This document shows, one piece after another, positions 7,398 through 15,758 of a stretch of 37,598 nt of DNA. The stretch is from Candidatus Altiarchaeales archaeon (GTDB lineage: Archaea; Altiarchaeota; Altiarchaeia; IMC4; QMZM01). The notes under the pieces were generated by a model that searched no databases, was not told the DNA's origin, and saw only the letters and a list, made by a program, of their open reading frames with translations. Both the position numbers and the translations under genes were made by a program. How positions within the stretch are numbered: the stretch's first letter is position 1; each line of letters begins with the position of its first letter. Location: assembly GCA_003663045.1 (NCBI GenBank), contig QMZG01000001.1, positions 1 through 37,598 of the forward strand, read 5' to 3'.

Positions 7398-9143
7398 TCA
7401 CAACCTGTCATATACCTTAATATTGGCCTCTTCGGCGATCCTCTTAGCCTCTGGGTTCTTTATAAAAAGTCTGGCTTTTAATTGCTTCGCCAAGGCAATG
7501 GACTCAGCACTATTGTCATCTAAGCCCTTTGAGATCAGTTCATTGACAAAGTTCCAGTCTTTAATCCAGACGATCTCCACCTTTCCCTGATCTATAAATT
7601 TCTTAAGCCTTCTCAATTTTCTGCTGGTACCGGCTACAATATATGGGTTCCTTTTATTTATAAAATCCTCTAATTCATCACCTTTAATATCCTTTAGGAA
7701 ATCCATTGCTGCTACATATCTCCTCTTTTTGTGCATATAGAAGAATAACAAAGCTAATAAGAAGAGTATTATGAACAGCATTACTATCCCTCCCGGGCTT
7801 CTGGAAAATGCAACTATGTAACCAATTACCCCCACTGGAGTACAGGGCTTACATGGACCACCACAGTCAATACCTCCCTCACCCTGATTCTGAATCCCAT
7901 CAGAGCATGTTGGTATCCTGCAGGTATTATTGTAACAATAATTACTTAAGCAGTCTGAATTCACCAAGCACCTTTTACCTTCACCACAGGGTTTACAAGG
8001 ACCTCCACAGTCTATGTCTGTTTCATCCTGATTTAGTATTTCATCATAGCATGTTGGTATCCTGCAGATATTTTCATAGCAATAATTACTTAAGCAGTCT
8101 GAATTCACCAAGCACCTTTTACCTTCACCACAGGGTTTACAAGGACCTCCACAGTCTACATCACTTTCATTCTGATTCTTTACTCCATCAGAACAGGTTG
8201 GTGTTCTGCATACATTATCATAACAAACACCACTTAAACAATCTGAATCTACCATGCATTTTTTACCATCGCTACAAGGATCACAAGGACCTCCACAGTC
8301 TACATCACTTTCATTCTGATTCTTTACTCCATCAGAACAGGTTGGTGTTCTGCATACATTATCATAACAGTATCCGCTTTTACAATCTGAATCCGTAAGA
8401 CAGGATTTACCATCTTCGCAGGGTTTACAGGGGCCTCCACAATCTACATCTGTTTCACCATAGTTCTTTATACCATCATAACATGCAGATATTACCCTGC
8501 CTTTTCTGGGAGGATAAGTTCCACGGCCCCTACGATGTTTCTTCACCGTGGTAGTTGTGGTACTAGTTGTGGTAGTTGTAGTCGTTGGCACAGTTGTTGT
8601 TGTGGCAGTTGATATAGTGGTTGTTGTAGTACTTGTGGTAGTTGTAGTAGTGACGCATACCACCTCAAATTCTGTGTCTGCGGTAAAGGTTTTACATCCA
8701 GAGGAAACTATAATCCTTGCTGTATATTCTTCTTTTTCATTAATGCAATCCTCTGGCAAATTCCATAGAATTTCATAGTCGATAGTGTTACCACCACCAT
8801 AGGCATAGCAATTTTCGGGATTGGACTCGGTTACAGTTACATCCAGATCACAATTCCCATATTCTGGATAGTATCCATAATGTTTGGGCAGGGAACAACT
8901 TAAATGAACCCGATTATCTATATCTAAGTTTACATCGTCTACCTGCTCGCATTCTGTAAGCTCTACGGTAGCGTCAAAGGTCACTATTTCTCCTGGAGAA
9001 TAGGTTTTCTTGTCACTGTCTATAGAAACCGATATGTCTGCAGAGGATAACGAAGTCAGAAAGATCAAGATGATGGTTACTATAAATACAGATCTCAAAA
9101 TCCCACCAAAAATGTTCACACCACCCATTTTTATTACCCTCAA
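7398..9143 (-). CDS. type I membrane surface protein: signal peptide, beta-rich N-domain, poly-Thr linker, 4.5 Cys-rich 48-aa repeats, TM helix, ~115-aa cytoplasmic alpha/beta tail
   Basis: Signal-like 'FIVTIILIFLTSLSSADIS'. Thr run 'VTTTTTTSTTTTTISTATTTTVPTTTTTTTSTTTTT'. Repeats follow 'C(S/Y)DGxxNxxExDxDCGGPCxPCxxGKxCxxxSDCxSxxCYxNxCRxPT'. TM 'IVMLFIILFLLALLFFYM' is followed by 'HKKRR'. An alternative start is Met-6 (9128). Confidence 0.8.
   Translation of the reverse strand: MRVIKMGGVNIFGGILRSVFIVTIILIFLTSLSSADISVSIDSDKKTYSPGEIVTFDATVELTECEQVDDVNLDIDNRVHLSCSLPKHYGYYPEYGNCDLDVTVTESNPENCYAYGGGNTIDYEILWNLPEDCINEKEEYTARIIVSSGCKTFTADTEFEVVCVTTTTTTSTTTTTISTATTTTVPTTTTTTTSTTTTTVKKHRRGRGTYPPRKGRVISACYDGIKNYGETDVDCGGPCKPCEDGKSCLTDSDCKSGYCYDNVCRTPTCSDGVKNQNESDVDCGGPCDPCSDGKKCMVDSDCLSGVCYDNVCRTPTCSDGVKNQNESDVDCGGPCKPCGEGKRCLVNSDCLSNYCYENICRIPTCYDEILNQDETDIDCGGPCKPCGEGKRCLVNSDCLSNYCYNNTCRIPTCSDGIQNQGEGGIDCGGPCKPCTPVGVIGYIVAFSRSPGGIVMLFIILFLLALLFFYMHKKRRYVAAMDFLKDIKGDELEDFINKRNPYIVAGTSRKLRRLKKFIDQGKVEIVWIKDWNFVNELISKGLDDNSAESIALAKQLKARLFIKNPEAKRIAEEANIKVYDRL
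7838..8486 (-). repeat. tandem 144-bp (48-codon) coding repeats, 4.5 copies, inside the surface-protein gene
   Basis: Two perfect DNA identities lie at offset 144: 7936-8014 = 8080-8158 (~79 nt) and 8147-8225 = 8291-8369 (~79 nt). The match 7907-7923 = 8051-8067 has the same offset. Confidence 0.9.
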
Positions 9144-9229
9144 AGTACTAAATTACACTCAATATATGGATTTTATTATACAATATTTATAGATTATATG
9201 GAATTTATAGTATAAATATCAATTTTTTG

Positions 9230-9374
9230 ATATTTAAATAATAAAAACATAATTAATATAATTAAACTATAATCAAAATTTAAAACCTAAATAGTTCATA
9301 TTTAAATAATAAAAACATAATTAATATAATTAAACTATAATCAAAATTATAATCAAAATAATCTATAGTTCATG
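9230..9374. repeat. imperfect tandem duplication (~68-nt period) in a divergent promoter region, each copy carrying a palindromic TATA-like element
   Basis: 9230-9280 and 9298-9348 are identical (51 nt). Each copy starts with 'tatttaaata', which is its own reverse complement and contains 'tttaaata' (9233-9240, 9301-9308). Both units end in 'atagttca'. A nested 12-nt duplication 'ataatcaaaat(t/a)' lies at 9337-9360. Confidence 0.85.
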
Positions 9375-9614
9375 AAGATGATCACCACAGTAACCACCAC
9401 TACCGCGACTACCGGAGTAACAAATTTTTTCCTGTATGCGGGGATAGTAATAGTAGCACTAATAGCATTTCTGGGTCTAAAAGAGATTCTGGATACGGTA
9501 AAGATGAGAAGGCATCACTATAAATCTTTCTTGTCTCTATCGAATGTTGTAATATCCGCCCTGTTCTTGGTCTTTGTATTTCTGGTGGTATATAAACTAA
9601 CTGTCTTATTCTGA
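9372..9614 (+). CDS. small hypothetical membrane protein (two predicted TM helices, Thr-rich N-terminus)
   Basis: 80-aa ORF with hydrophobic stretches 'FFLYAGIVIVALIAFLGL' and 'VVISALFLVFVFLVVY', directly downstream of the duplicated promoter. No recognisable family. Confidence 0.4.
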   Translation: MKMITTVTTTTATTGVTNFFLYAGIVIVALIAFLGLKEILDTVKMRRHHYKSFLSLSNVVISALFLVFVFLVVYKLTVLF

Positions 9615-9637
9615 CCTTTTATTCTTCTAAGATTCTT

Positions 9638-10504
9638 CTAAGACATGAAAAATGGCGCGATCAGAAATAGAATAATATTGGTAATCCCATGGGATAGTGT
9701 TATGCCCCAGATATTTCTGGTTCTCTGAAATACATATCCATAGAAAAGCCCCACGAGGAACACAAAGATAAGATCTGGGGCAGATTTAAAGCCGATGTGC
9801 ATCAACATAAACAGAACACTGGAGAATAATAAGCTGGCATTTTTCCCCATCACCCCCTCAGCCCTGGTCTGTACAATCCCCCTGAAGGTCAATTCCTCTA
9901 AGAGACCTGTGAATATCAGTAAAATAAACCCGGGAATGATTAAATTCATTACTATTAATTCATCAATCAACGCCTCTGGCTTCAGGATCATGTACTCAAA
10001 AAATCCAAAGAGAATTCCGGTCAATGCTATAAAAAACTGAATTAATGGAAAATTAGAAACAAAGCCTATATCCTGTAAATGCATCTTCATGTATCTGATA
10101 AGAAGGATTATTGCCACCGTGAGAGGAATCCCAATAATAATAAACCAATAAATGCTCTCAAATATCTTCAATGGCATGGAAAATCTGATTATTCCAATCA
10201 ATGGAATCAGGATCAATGAGTTCAACATATATGACATATCCTCAATCTGCCATGCCCTTCTCAATGAATATGCCCTGGTTCTAATAGATTCACGATAGAT
10301 CAGTGATGAAAAAATCATCAATGAAAAGAGAAATATCATGTGTATCAGAATCCCCAACATAATGTCAAAATAGGTAGAAACAAACTCTGCCGACCCCACC
10401 ATAATGTAGGTAAATAATGGAACAATAAACCTGAGATTAATCCCAGAAACCTTTCCATTCCACTCGTCTTTTTTCTCTAAATCCCCTTTTTCTCCTTTTC
10501 CCAT
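9638..10504 (-). CDS. CPBP-family (CAAX/Abi) intramembrane glutamic endopeptidase
   Basis: Motifs 'LLEELTFRG', 'FSSVLFMLMH' and 'LSHGITN' in a polytopic membrane protein. Confidence 0.8.
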   Translation of the reverse strand: MGKGEKGDLEKKDEWNGKVSGINLRFIVPLFTYIMVGSAEFVSTYFDIMLGILIHMIFLFSLMIFSSLIYRESIRTRAYSLRRAWQIEDMSYMLNSLILIPLIGIIRFSMPLKIFESIYWFIIIGIPLTVAIILLIRYMKMHLQDIGFVSNFPLIQFFIALTGILFGFFEYMILKPEALIDELIVMNLIIPGFILLIFTGLLEELTFRGIVQTRAEGVMGKNASLLFSSVLFMLMHIGFKSAPDLIFVFLVGLFYGYVFQRTRNIWGITLSHGITNIILFLIAPFFMS

Positions 10505-10571
10505 TCTCTTGGCGATTTTTATTTATAATGAATGATTATCCATTTATATTAACTCACCCACATTTCAATAT

Positions 10572-11531
10572 ATGAACGAGATATTTTTCATAACATTGGG
10601 TCTGCTGGGCCTCTGGTTTGGAAGCGATTTTGCAGTAGAGGCCGCCAGAAGGATTGCCGTAAAACTAAAGGTTTCCGATCTCATCATCGGATTAACAATA
10701 ACCTCGATTGGAACATCACTTCCCGAGATCTCAACCAATATCTTGGCAGGATTCAGCACACTGGCAGAGAAAGATGCATCCGGAATAGCGGTCGGAAATA
10801 TTATTGGGAGTGATCTGGCCCAGATCACGCTTCTTTTAGGTATTGTGGGTTTTCTGGCTACTTTAACAATACCCATGAGATCACTCAAGCGAGATGGCTT
10901 CATGCTTTTTATAGCACTGATACTGATGTATATAACTGCTATTGATGGACATGTAAGTCGGGGTGAAGGGGTTATCCTTGTCCTTGCATACATTATCTAC
11001 CTGATATATCTGCTCAACCAGGAGAGGGTTTTAGAGAATAAAAAAACAAAATCCAAATCCGAAAAAAGGGATTATAAAATCGGTATTGATTTGATTAAAA
11101 CCATTGTAGGACTAACCGTTGTAGTTGTGAGTGCCTATTTAATTGTTGAAAATGGTGTTTCCATGGCATTACAGATTGGGATAACAGAATCAGTTATTGG
11201 AATCTTTGTCGGTCTTGGAACGAGCATCCCAGAACTTACCGTCTCATTGAGGGCCATAAAAGAGAGGGCTGGGGAACTCTCGCTTGGTAATCTGATCGGC
11301 AGCAACATCACTGATCCTTTATTATCCTTTGGTCTGGGTGCCTCTGTTGCCGGGGTTACCATATCACAAAGTGTTTTGCAATTCGACTTTGTCTACTGGA
11401 TGGCTGCAACGACAATCGCACTATTCCTCATCTACAATCACATGAACCTAAACAGGAAGGAATCCTCGGTGCTGATAATACTCTACCTACTGTTCATCTA
11501 CCTGAAGCTAACTTTCTTCCTGACTAAATGA
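10572..11531 (+). CDS. Ca2+/cation antiporter (CaCA / YrbG-type sodium-calcium exchanger)
   Basis: Two alpha-repeat signatures, 'SIGTSLPEISTN' and 'GLGTSIPELTVS', with about 10 TM helices. Confidence 0.85.
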   Translation: MNEIFFITLGLLGLWFGSDFAVEAARRIAVKLKVSDLIIGLTITSIGTSLPEISTNILAGFSTLAEKDASGIAVGNIIGSDLAQITLLLGIVGFLATLTIPMRSLKRDGFMLFIALILMYITAIDGHVSRGEGVILVLAYIIYLIYLLNQERVLENKKTKSKSEKRDYKIGIDLIKTIVGLTVVVVSAYLIVENGVSMALQIGITESVIGIFVGLGTSIPELTVSLRAIKERAGELSLGNLIGSNITDPLLSFGLGASVAGVTISQSVLQFDFVYWMAATTIALFLIYNHMNLNRKESSVLIILYLLFIYLKLTFFLTK

Positions 11532-11657
11532 AGCCACTTGGATATCTTTTATATCTTCACCCCATAATCTTTAACAATAAAAATCTGGCCCAGATGACAT
11601 TGAAGGATTTTATAGAGGATACCATAAAGAAGAATGTGCCCGAGATAAAAAAGATGG

Positions 11658-12434
11658 ATGCTATATAGATGGAATAGAGAAAAAATGAAAGATTCAATAG
11701 AAATAATAGAAACTACCAAATTGGTAACGGAGAAGCCGGTTGTGATAATTGGAATTCCAGATATAGGCTTAGTGGGTAGTATAGCCACCTTCCATATCCT
11801 AGATAAATTAAAACTAGAGGAGATAGCACACCTAGAATCGGATAAATTCCCACCAGTGATTGTGGTTCATGATAAAAGACCTAAGTCACCTATCAGAATT
11901 TATGGAAATAAAGATATCCTAATTTTGATTTCGGAGATCCCCATAAACTCCTCTTTAATACCGGAGATTTCTCGTTCATTGATCGAATGGTTCAAAACAA
12001 AGGATGTTTCTCTAGTAATGTCCCTGGGGGGAATTGCCCATCCAGACAGGCTGGAGATCAAAAAGCCTACCGTCTATGGTCTTGGAACTGATGAAGAGAC
12101 CGATGAAATTCTGAAAAAGAATGATATAAATATCTTTGAAGAGGGTCTGATTGTGGGACCGAATGGTATTATCATCAGAGATTGCATGAAGAATGGAATC
12201 CCATCTTTATATCTCATGACAGAGTCGCATTACAGATACCCGGATCCAGGGGCGGCTGCCTCTATAATTGAGATAATTAATAAGATATTGAATCTTAACA
12301 TTGATGTAAGGGAACTCCTGGATAAAGAAGAGGAGATAAAGATTAAAGCCAGGGACTTGATGAAAAGGACTGAGCAGTCCATGAAAGAGATGCAAAAGAT
12401 TCGGGAAAAGGAGATTCCAATGATGTACAGATAA
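11658..12434 (+). CDS. PAC2-family proteasome assembly chaperone homologue (PbaB-like; C-terminal HbYX-type motif)
   Basis: 'VVIIGIPDIGLVGSIA' is typical of PAC2. The C-terminus '...IPMMYR' has a penultimate Tyr (Hb-Y-X). The likely true start is Met-10 at 11685 (MKDSIEII...). Confidence 0.75.
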   Translation: MLYRWNREKMKDSIEIIETTKLVTEKPVVIIGIPDIGLVGSIATFHILDKLKLEEIAHLESDKFPPVIVVHDKRPKSPIRIYGNKDILILISEIPINSSLIPEISRSLIEWFKTKDVSLVMSLGGIAHPDRLEIKKPTVYGLGTDEETDEILKKNDINIFEEGLIVGPNGIIIRDCMKNGIPSLYLMTESHYRYPDPGAAASIIEIINKILNLNIDVRELLDKEEEIKIKARDLMKRTEQSMKEMQKIREKEIPMMYR

Positions 12435-12435
12435 A

Positions 12436-12822
12436 ATGTCCAGAAAGAGATTTTTAGATATATGGGAAGAATTTGAAGATTGGGCCTGGAGTTTAAGGAA
12501 TCGTTGCTTAGAACCTTTATGCTATATTGAGGATAGGGGAGACCATCTCTTAGTTAGTGCAGATCTCCCCTTTGTGGAAAAGGAAAATATAGAGATATCA
12601 CTAACAGAAGATCTATTAGAAATAAATGCCAGGATGAAAACATCATACAGATTCAACAGATTGGGTGTTGTGCAAAGGGGGATAAAATTTGAATCATTTC
12701 ACAAGATTCTCAGGCTTCCTTCAAGGGTTGATACAGAAAAAGCAAGGGCCAGATTTAGGAGCGGGATTCTTGAGATAGAGTTGCCTAAGAAGATTCAGAA
12801 GAAAAGTATTGAGATCGATTAA
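12436..12822 (+). CDS. small heat-shock protein (Hsp20 / alpha-crystallin domain)
   Basis: 'LLVSADLPFVEKENIEISL...LEINA' and 'GILEIELPKK' are alpha-crystallin-domain hallmarks. The start lies 1 nt after the PAC2 stop. Confidence 0.8.
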   Translation: MSRKRFLDIWEEFEDWAWSLRNRCLEPLCYIEDRGDHLLVSADLPFVEKENIEISLTEDLLEINARMKTSYRFNRLGVVQRGIKFESFHKILRLPSRVDTEKARARFRSGILEIELPKKIQKKSIEID

Positions 12823-12828
12823 GTCGAG

Positions 12829-14013
12829 ATGAATCAAAATCAAAAATCTGAGAAGGATAGATTTCTTCAAGGAATAAGCATTAATGTTCTCCTCTTGGGA
12901 GTAGTGAGTTTTCTTACCGATATGAGCAGTGAGATGATCATCCCTATCCTACCTATGTTCATTATGAATCTTGGTGGGACGGGATTGATAGTGGGCTTAA
13001 TCGGTGGTTTGGGCGACAGTGTAAGTAGCATAGTGATGGTACTCTCTGGCTACTGGTCCGACAGGGTTGGGAAAAGAAAACCCTTCATATTCTCGGGTTA
13101 TGGTATCTCCTCTGTTGCAAAGTTGCTATTCGCCTTCTCAACACATTGGTGGCACATTCTTGTTTTGAGACCATTGGAAAGATTCGGCAAGGGATTAAGA
13201 ACTGCCCCGAGAGATGCCATAATTTCAGAAGCTAAAAAGGATGTAAGAGGAAAGGCATTTGGAATTCATAGAGCCATGGATAGCTCTGGGGCCATTATCG
13301 GTTCTATCTTAGTGGTTATCCTCATTTTCTATATGGGTTTAAAATTTACAACCATATTTCTAGTTGCGAGTTTTATTGGCTTCTCAGCATTGATTCCCAT
13401 TCTATGGGTAAGGGATGTAAAGAGAAAGTCCCAGGGGATAACCTTGAAAATCGGCATCGGTTCTTTGCCAAGAAAATTCAGAATCTTCCTCTTAATAGTA
13501 ACGGTATTTGCATTGGGAAATTTCACCGTTTTTTTCTTTATACTAAAGGCACGTGAATCATTTGTTGATTCTGGAATTGCAGATGTTTTGGCAATACTTT
13601 TATATGCGTGGTATAATGTCTCTTATACCGCTTTTTCCATCCCATCGGGAATTCTTTCCGACAGGATCGGAAGAAAAAAAGTCCTCATCCTCGGCTATCT
13701 GACCTTCAGTATCACCTGTCTTGGTTTTGCATTTTTCCAGTCATTCTCAGTATTCTTCATACTCTTTGCCCTCTATGGCTTATTCATGGCATTGATTGAT
13801 GGAACACAAAGGGCATTTGCTTCTGATCTCGCTCTAAAGAAATTGAAAGCAACGGCCTTGGGAACATTTCACACCGTTATTTCCATAGCAACCCTACCGG
13901 CAAGTTTAATAGCTGGTTATATCTGGCAATTTATAAGCCCCGAGGCAACATTTCTTTATGGTGCGTTTATGGGGATATTAGCTATGATCCTTTTTATCTT
14001 GGTTAAAATTTAA
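12829..14013 (+). CDS. MFS transporter
   Basis: 12-TM layout. 'GYWSDRVGKRKPF' and 'LSDRIGRKK' are the MFS loop 2-3 and 8-9 motifs. Confidence 0.85.
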   Translation: MNQNQKSEKDRFLQGISINVLLLGVVSFLTDMSSEMIIPILPMFIMNLGGTGLIVGLIGGLGDSVSSIVMVLSGYWSDRVGKRKPFIFSGYGISSVAKLLFAFSTHWWHILVLRPLERFGKGLRTAPRDAIISEAKKDVRGKAFGIHRAMDSSGAIIGSILVVILIFYMGLKFTTIFLVASFIGFSALIPILWVRDVKRKSQGITLKIGIGSLPRKFRIFLLIVTVFALGNFTVFFFILKARESFVDSGIADVLAILLYAWYNVSYTAFSIPSGILSDRIGRKKVLILGYLTFSITCLGFAFFQSFSVFFILFALYGLFMALIDGTQRAFASDLALKKLKATALGTFHTVISIATLPASLIAGYIWQFISPEATFLYGAFMGILAMILFILVKI

Positions 14014-14023
14014 CAATGGAGGT

Positions 14024-14791
14024 TTATCTAATATAAGTCGGGGTCTCATTCAAGAATTCTTGCTGTCTCTCCACCGCCTTTTTCTGTTCACTGATCATTT
14101 TACTCACCCTGCTCATCTGTTCTTCTGTTTCTTTGGCTTTTTCTGTCAGTTCTGTCATATCTATCTCGATCCTCAAAACCTTCGTCAATACCCTCAATAC
14201 AGCTTCTGCAGATTTTGCATCAATTATCTGACCATGAGTTTCTCCCATCAGACACGCTCCCGGAATATTTCTCTGCATTCCTAAGCCAATAAGAAGACCT
14301 GCAGCACCAAAGATCGCACCACCTCCCTTGAAGATCACCTCGTATTTCTTTAATTCCTTAACCAGATTTTTATCGGTAGCGGCTCCAAATACCTTTGGTG
14401 TTCTTACGATATTTCCAGTTCCTAAGCCACCCAGGGTAAAAATTTTCGAGAGATTAAATTTTTCTCCTATTTCCAGAGTCTTTTCAGAGATCCGATACTG
14501 ACCATCTGGGGTAATCCCCTGAAAGTCTCCCAAAAGGAGGATTAGGTCATTCTCTTTCCCCTTCCAGTAATAGAGTTCATTATTTACGAGGTGTATGGTT
14601 CCATCGTCTCGAATGGAAACCTGTGGAGGCAGATAAGGGGAATAGAGTTCTGCAAACTTTTTGGCCTTTAATTCATCCAGCATATGATCTGCTGCCAATT
14701 TCCCAACTAAACCTATCCCCGGAAGACCCTCTATCAGGATAGTATCCCTCAATTTGGGTTTTTCCAGTATCCTAACTTCTACATCATCCAT
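14024..14791 (-). CDS. second PAC2-family proteasome assembly chaperone homologue (PbaA-like)
   Basis: 'ILIEGLPGIGLVGKLAADHM' with a coiled C-terminal tail. The C-terminus '...PTYIR' has Tyr one residue out of HbYX register. Confidence 0.75.
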   Translation of the reverse strand: MDDVEVRILEKPKLRDTILIEGLPGIGLVGKLAADHMLDELKAKKFAELYSPYLPPQVSIRDDGTIHLVNNELYYWKGKENDLILLLGDFQGITPDGQYRISEKTLEIGEKFNLSKIFTLGGLGTGNIVRTPKVFGAATDKNLVKELKKYEVIFKGGGAIFGAAGLLIGLGMQRNIPGACLMGETHGQIIDAKSAEAVLRVLTKVLRIEIDMTELTEKAKETEEQMSRVSKMISEQKKAVERQQEFLNETPTYIR

Positions 14792-14885
14792 TTTTATAAT
14801 GGCAATGATACCGTGCTATTAATATACCTTAGTATTTTAGTATTGAGAGTATTTAATAAAAATTTAATTATAATAGAATTAGAAT

Positions 14886-15758
14886 ATGAACCATAAAAAT
14901 GCCCTGAGCAGGTATATTGGCATATTGAAGGGTAAGGAAAAGGCGAAATATCTTTTATGTGAAGATTTGAAGGACAGGGTGAGGGATGCAAGAGAAATTA
15001 TGAAGTGCTGTCATTTCTGTGAAAGGAGATGCTCTGTTAATAGATTGGATGGGGAGAAGGGTTATTGTGGGGTTCTTGAGTCAAGAGTGGCATCAGAATT
15101 TATTCACATTGGAGAAGAACCCGAGCTGGTGCCTTCATACACAATATTCTTTTCTGGATGTACCTTTTCTTGCGTATATTGTCAGAACTGGGATATCAGT
15201 CAGTATCCGGAAAGGGGCACCTACATTAAGCCGGAGATACTGGCAAAGATGATCTCTTCTGTAAATGCTAAGAATGTGAACTGGGTGGGTGGAGACCCCA
15301 CACCAAATCTCTCTTATATCCTGGAGGTTCTAACCCATTTGAATAAAAATATCCCCCAGGTATGGAATTCCAATATGTATCTTACTGAAGAATCCATGAG
15401 GTTATTGGATGGCGTCATGGACATATATCTGACAGACTTTAAATATGGGAATGACAAATGTGCTGAGAGGCTCTCTGATGTAAAAAACTATTTACAGATT
15501 ATCGAGAGAAATCATAAGTTGGCAGAGGAACAGGGTGAAGTGATTATAAGGCATTTGGTATTGCCAGATCACCTTGACTGCTGTACAAAGCCCATATTGA
15601 AGTGGATCTCTGAAAATATGAGTAATTTCAGGCTAAATATCATGGATCAATACAGACCAGAATATAAAGCCATGGAATATGAAGAACTCCAGAGAAGGCT
15701 TAGCTTTGATGAATATCAGGAAGCATTGAAATTTGCACGGGATTTGGGATTAATCTAA
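14886..15758 (+). CDS. radical SAM enzyme, PflX / pyruvate-formate-lyase-activase-related
   Basis: CX3CX2C 'CTFSCVYCQNW', plus an N-terminal Cys cluster 'CCHFCERRC...YCG'. Confidence 0.75.
   Translation: MNHKNALSRYIGILKGKEKAKYLLCEDLKDRVRDAREIMKCCHFCERRCSVNRLDGEKGYCGVLESRVASEFIHIGEEPELVPSYTIFFSGCTFSCVYCQNWDISQYPERGTYIKPEILAKMISSVNAKNVNWVGGDPTPNLSYILEVLTHLNKNIPQVWNSNMYLTEESMRLLDGVMDIYLTDFKYGNDKCAERLSDVKNYLQIIERNHKLAEEQGEVIIRHLVLPDHLDCCTKPILKWISENMSNFRLNIMDQYRPEYKAMEYEELQRRLSFDEYQEALKFARDLGLI

Noticed and set aside
7808-8398. 196-aa plus-strand ORF, His/Leu/Ser-rich and internally repetitive
   Set aside because: It lies antisense to the Cys-repeat region of the 581-aa surface-protein gene. Its repetitiveness mirrors the 144-bp repeats. 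The minus-strand frame has coherent domain structure (signal peptide, Cys modules, TM), so this is a shadow ORF.
8548-8778. 76-aa plus-strand ORF made largely of Val
   Set aside because: It is the antisense reading of the poly-Thr (ACN) tract of the surface-protein gene, so it is a low-complexity artefact.
9230-9348. Possible mini CRISPR array (two identical 51-nt repeats)
   Set aside because: There are only two copies. The intervening 'spacer' is 17 nt, the repeats are extremely AT-rich and unstructured, and no cas genes are in the window. A promoter-region tandem duplication explains it better.
10565-10993. 142-aa minus-strand ORF
   Set aside because: It is fully antisense to the CaCA exchanger gene, which has clear family motifs. 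It has no motifs of its own.
11594-11668. 24-codon ORF (MTLKDFIEDTIKKNVPEIKKMDAI) in the spacer before the first PAC2 gene
   Set aside because: It is too short, has no SD or TATA context I could see, and overlaps the upstream extension of the PAC2 ORF. I treat it as chance.
14794-14991. 65-aa minus-strand ORF
   Set aside because: It spans the AT-rich divergent promoter and the 5' end of the radical SAM gene. It has no start context and its composition is implausible.
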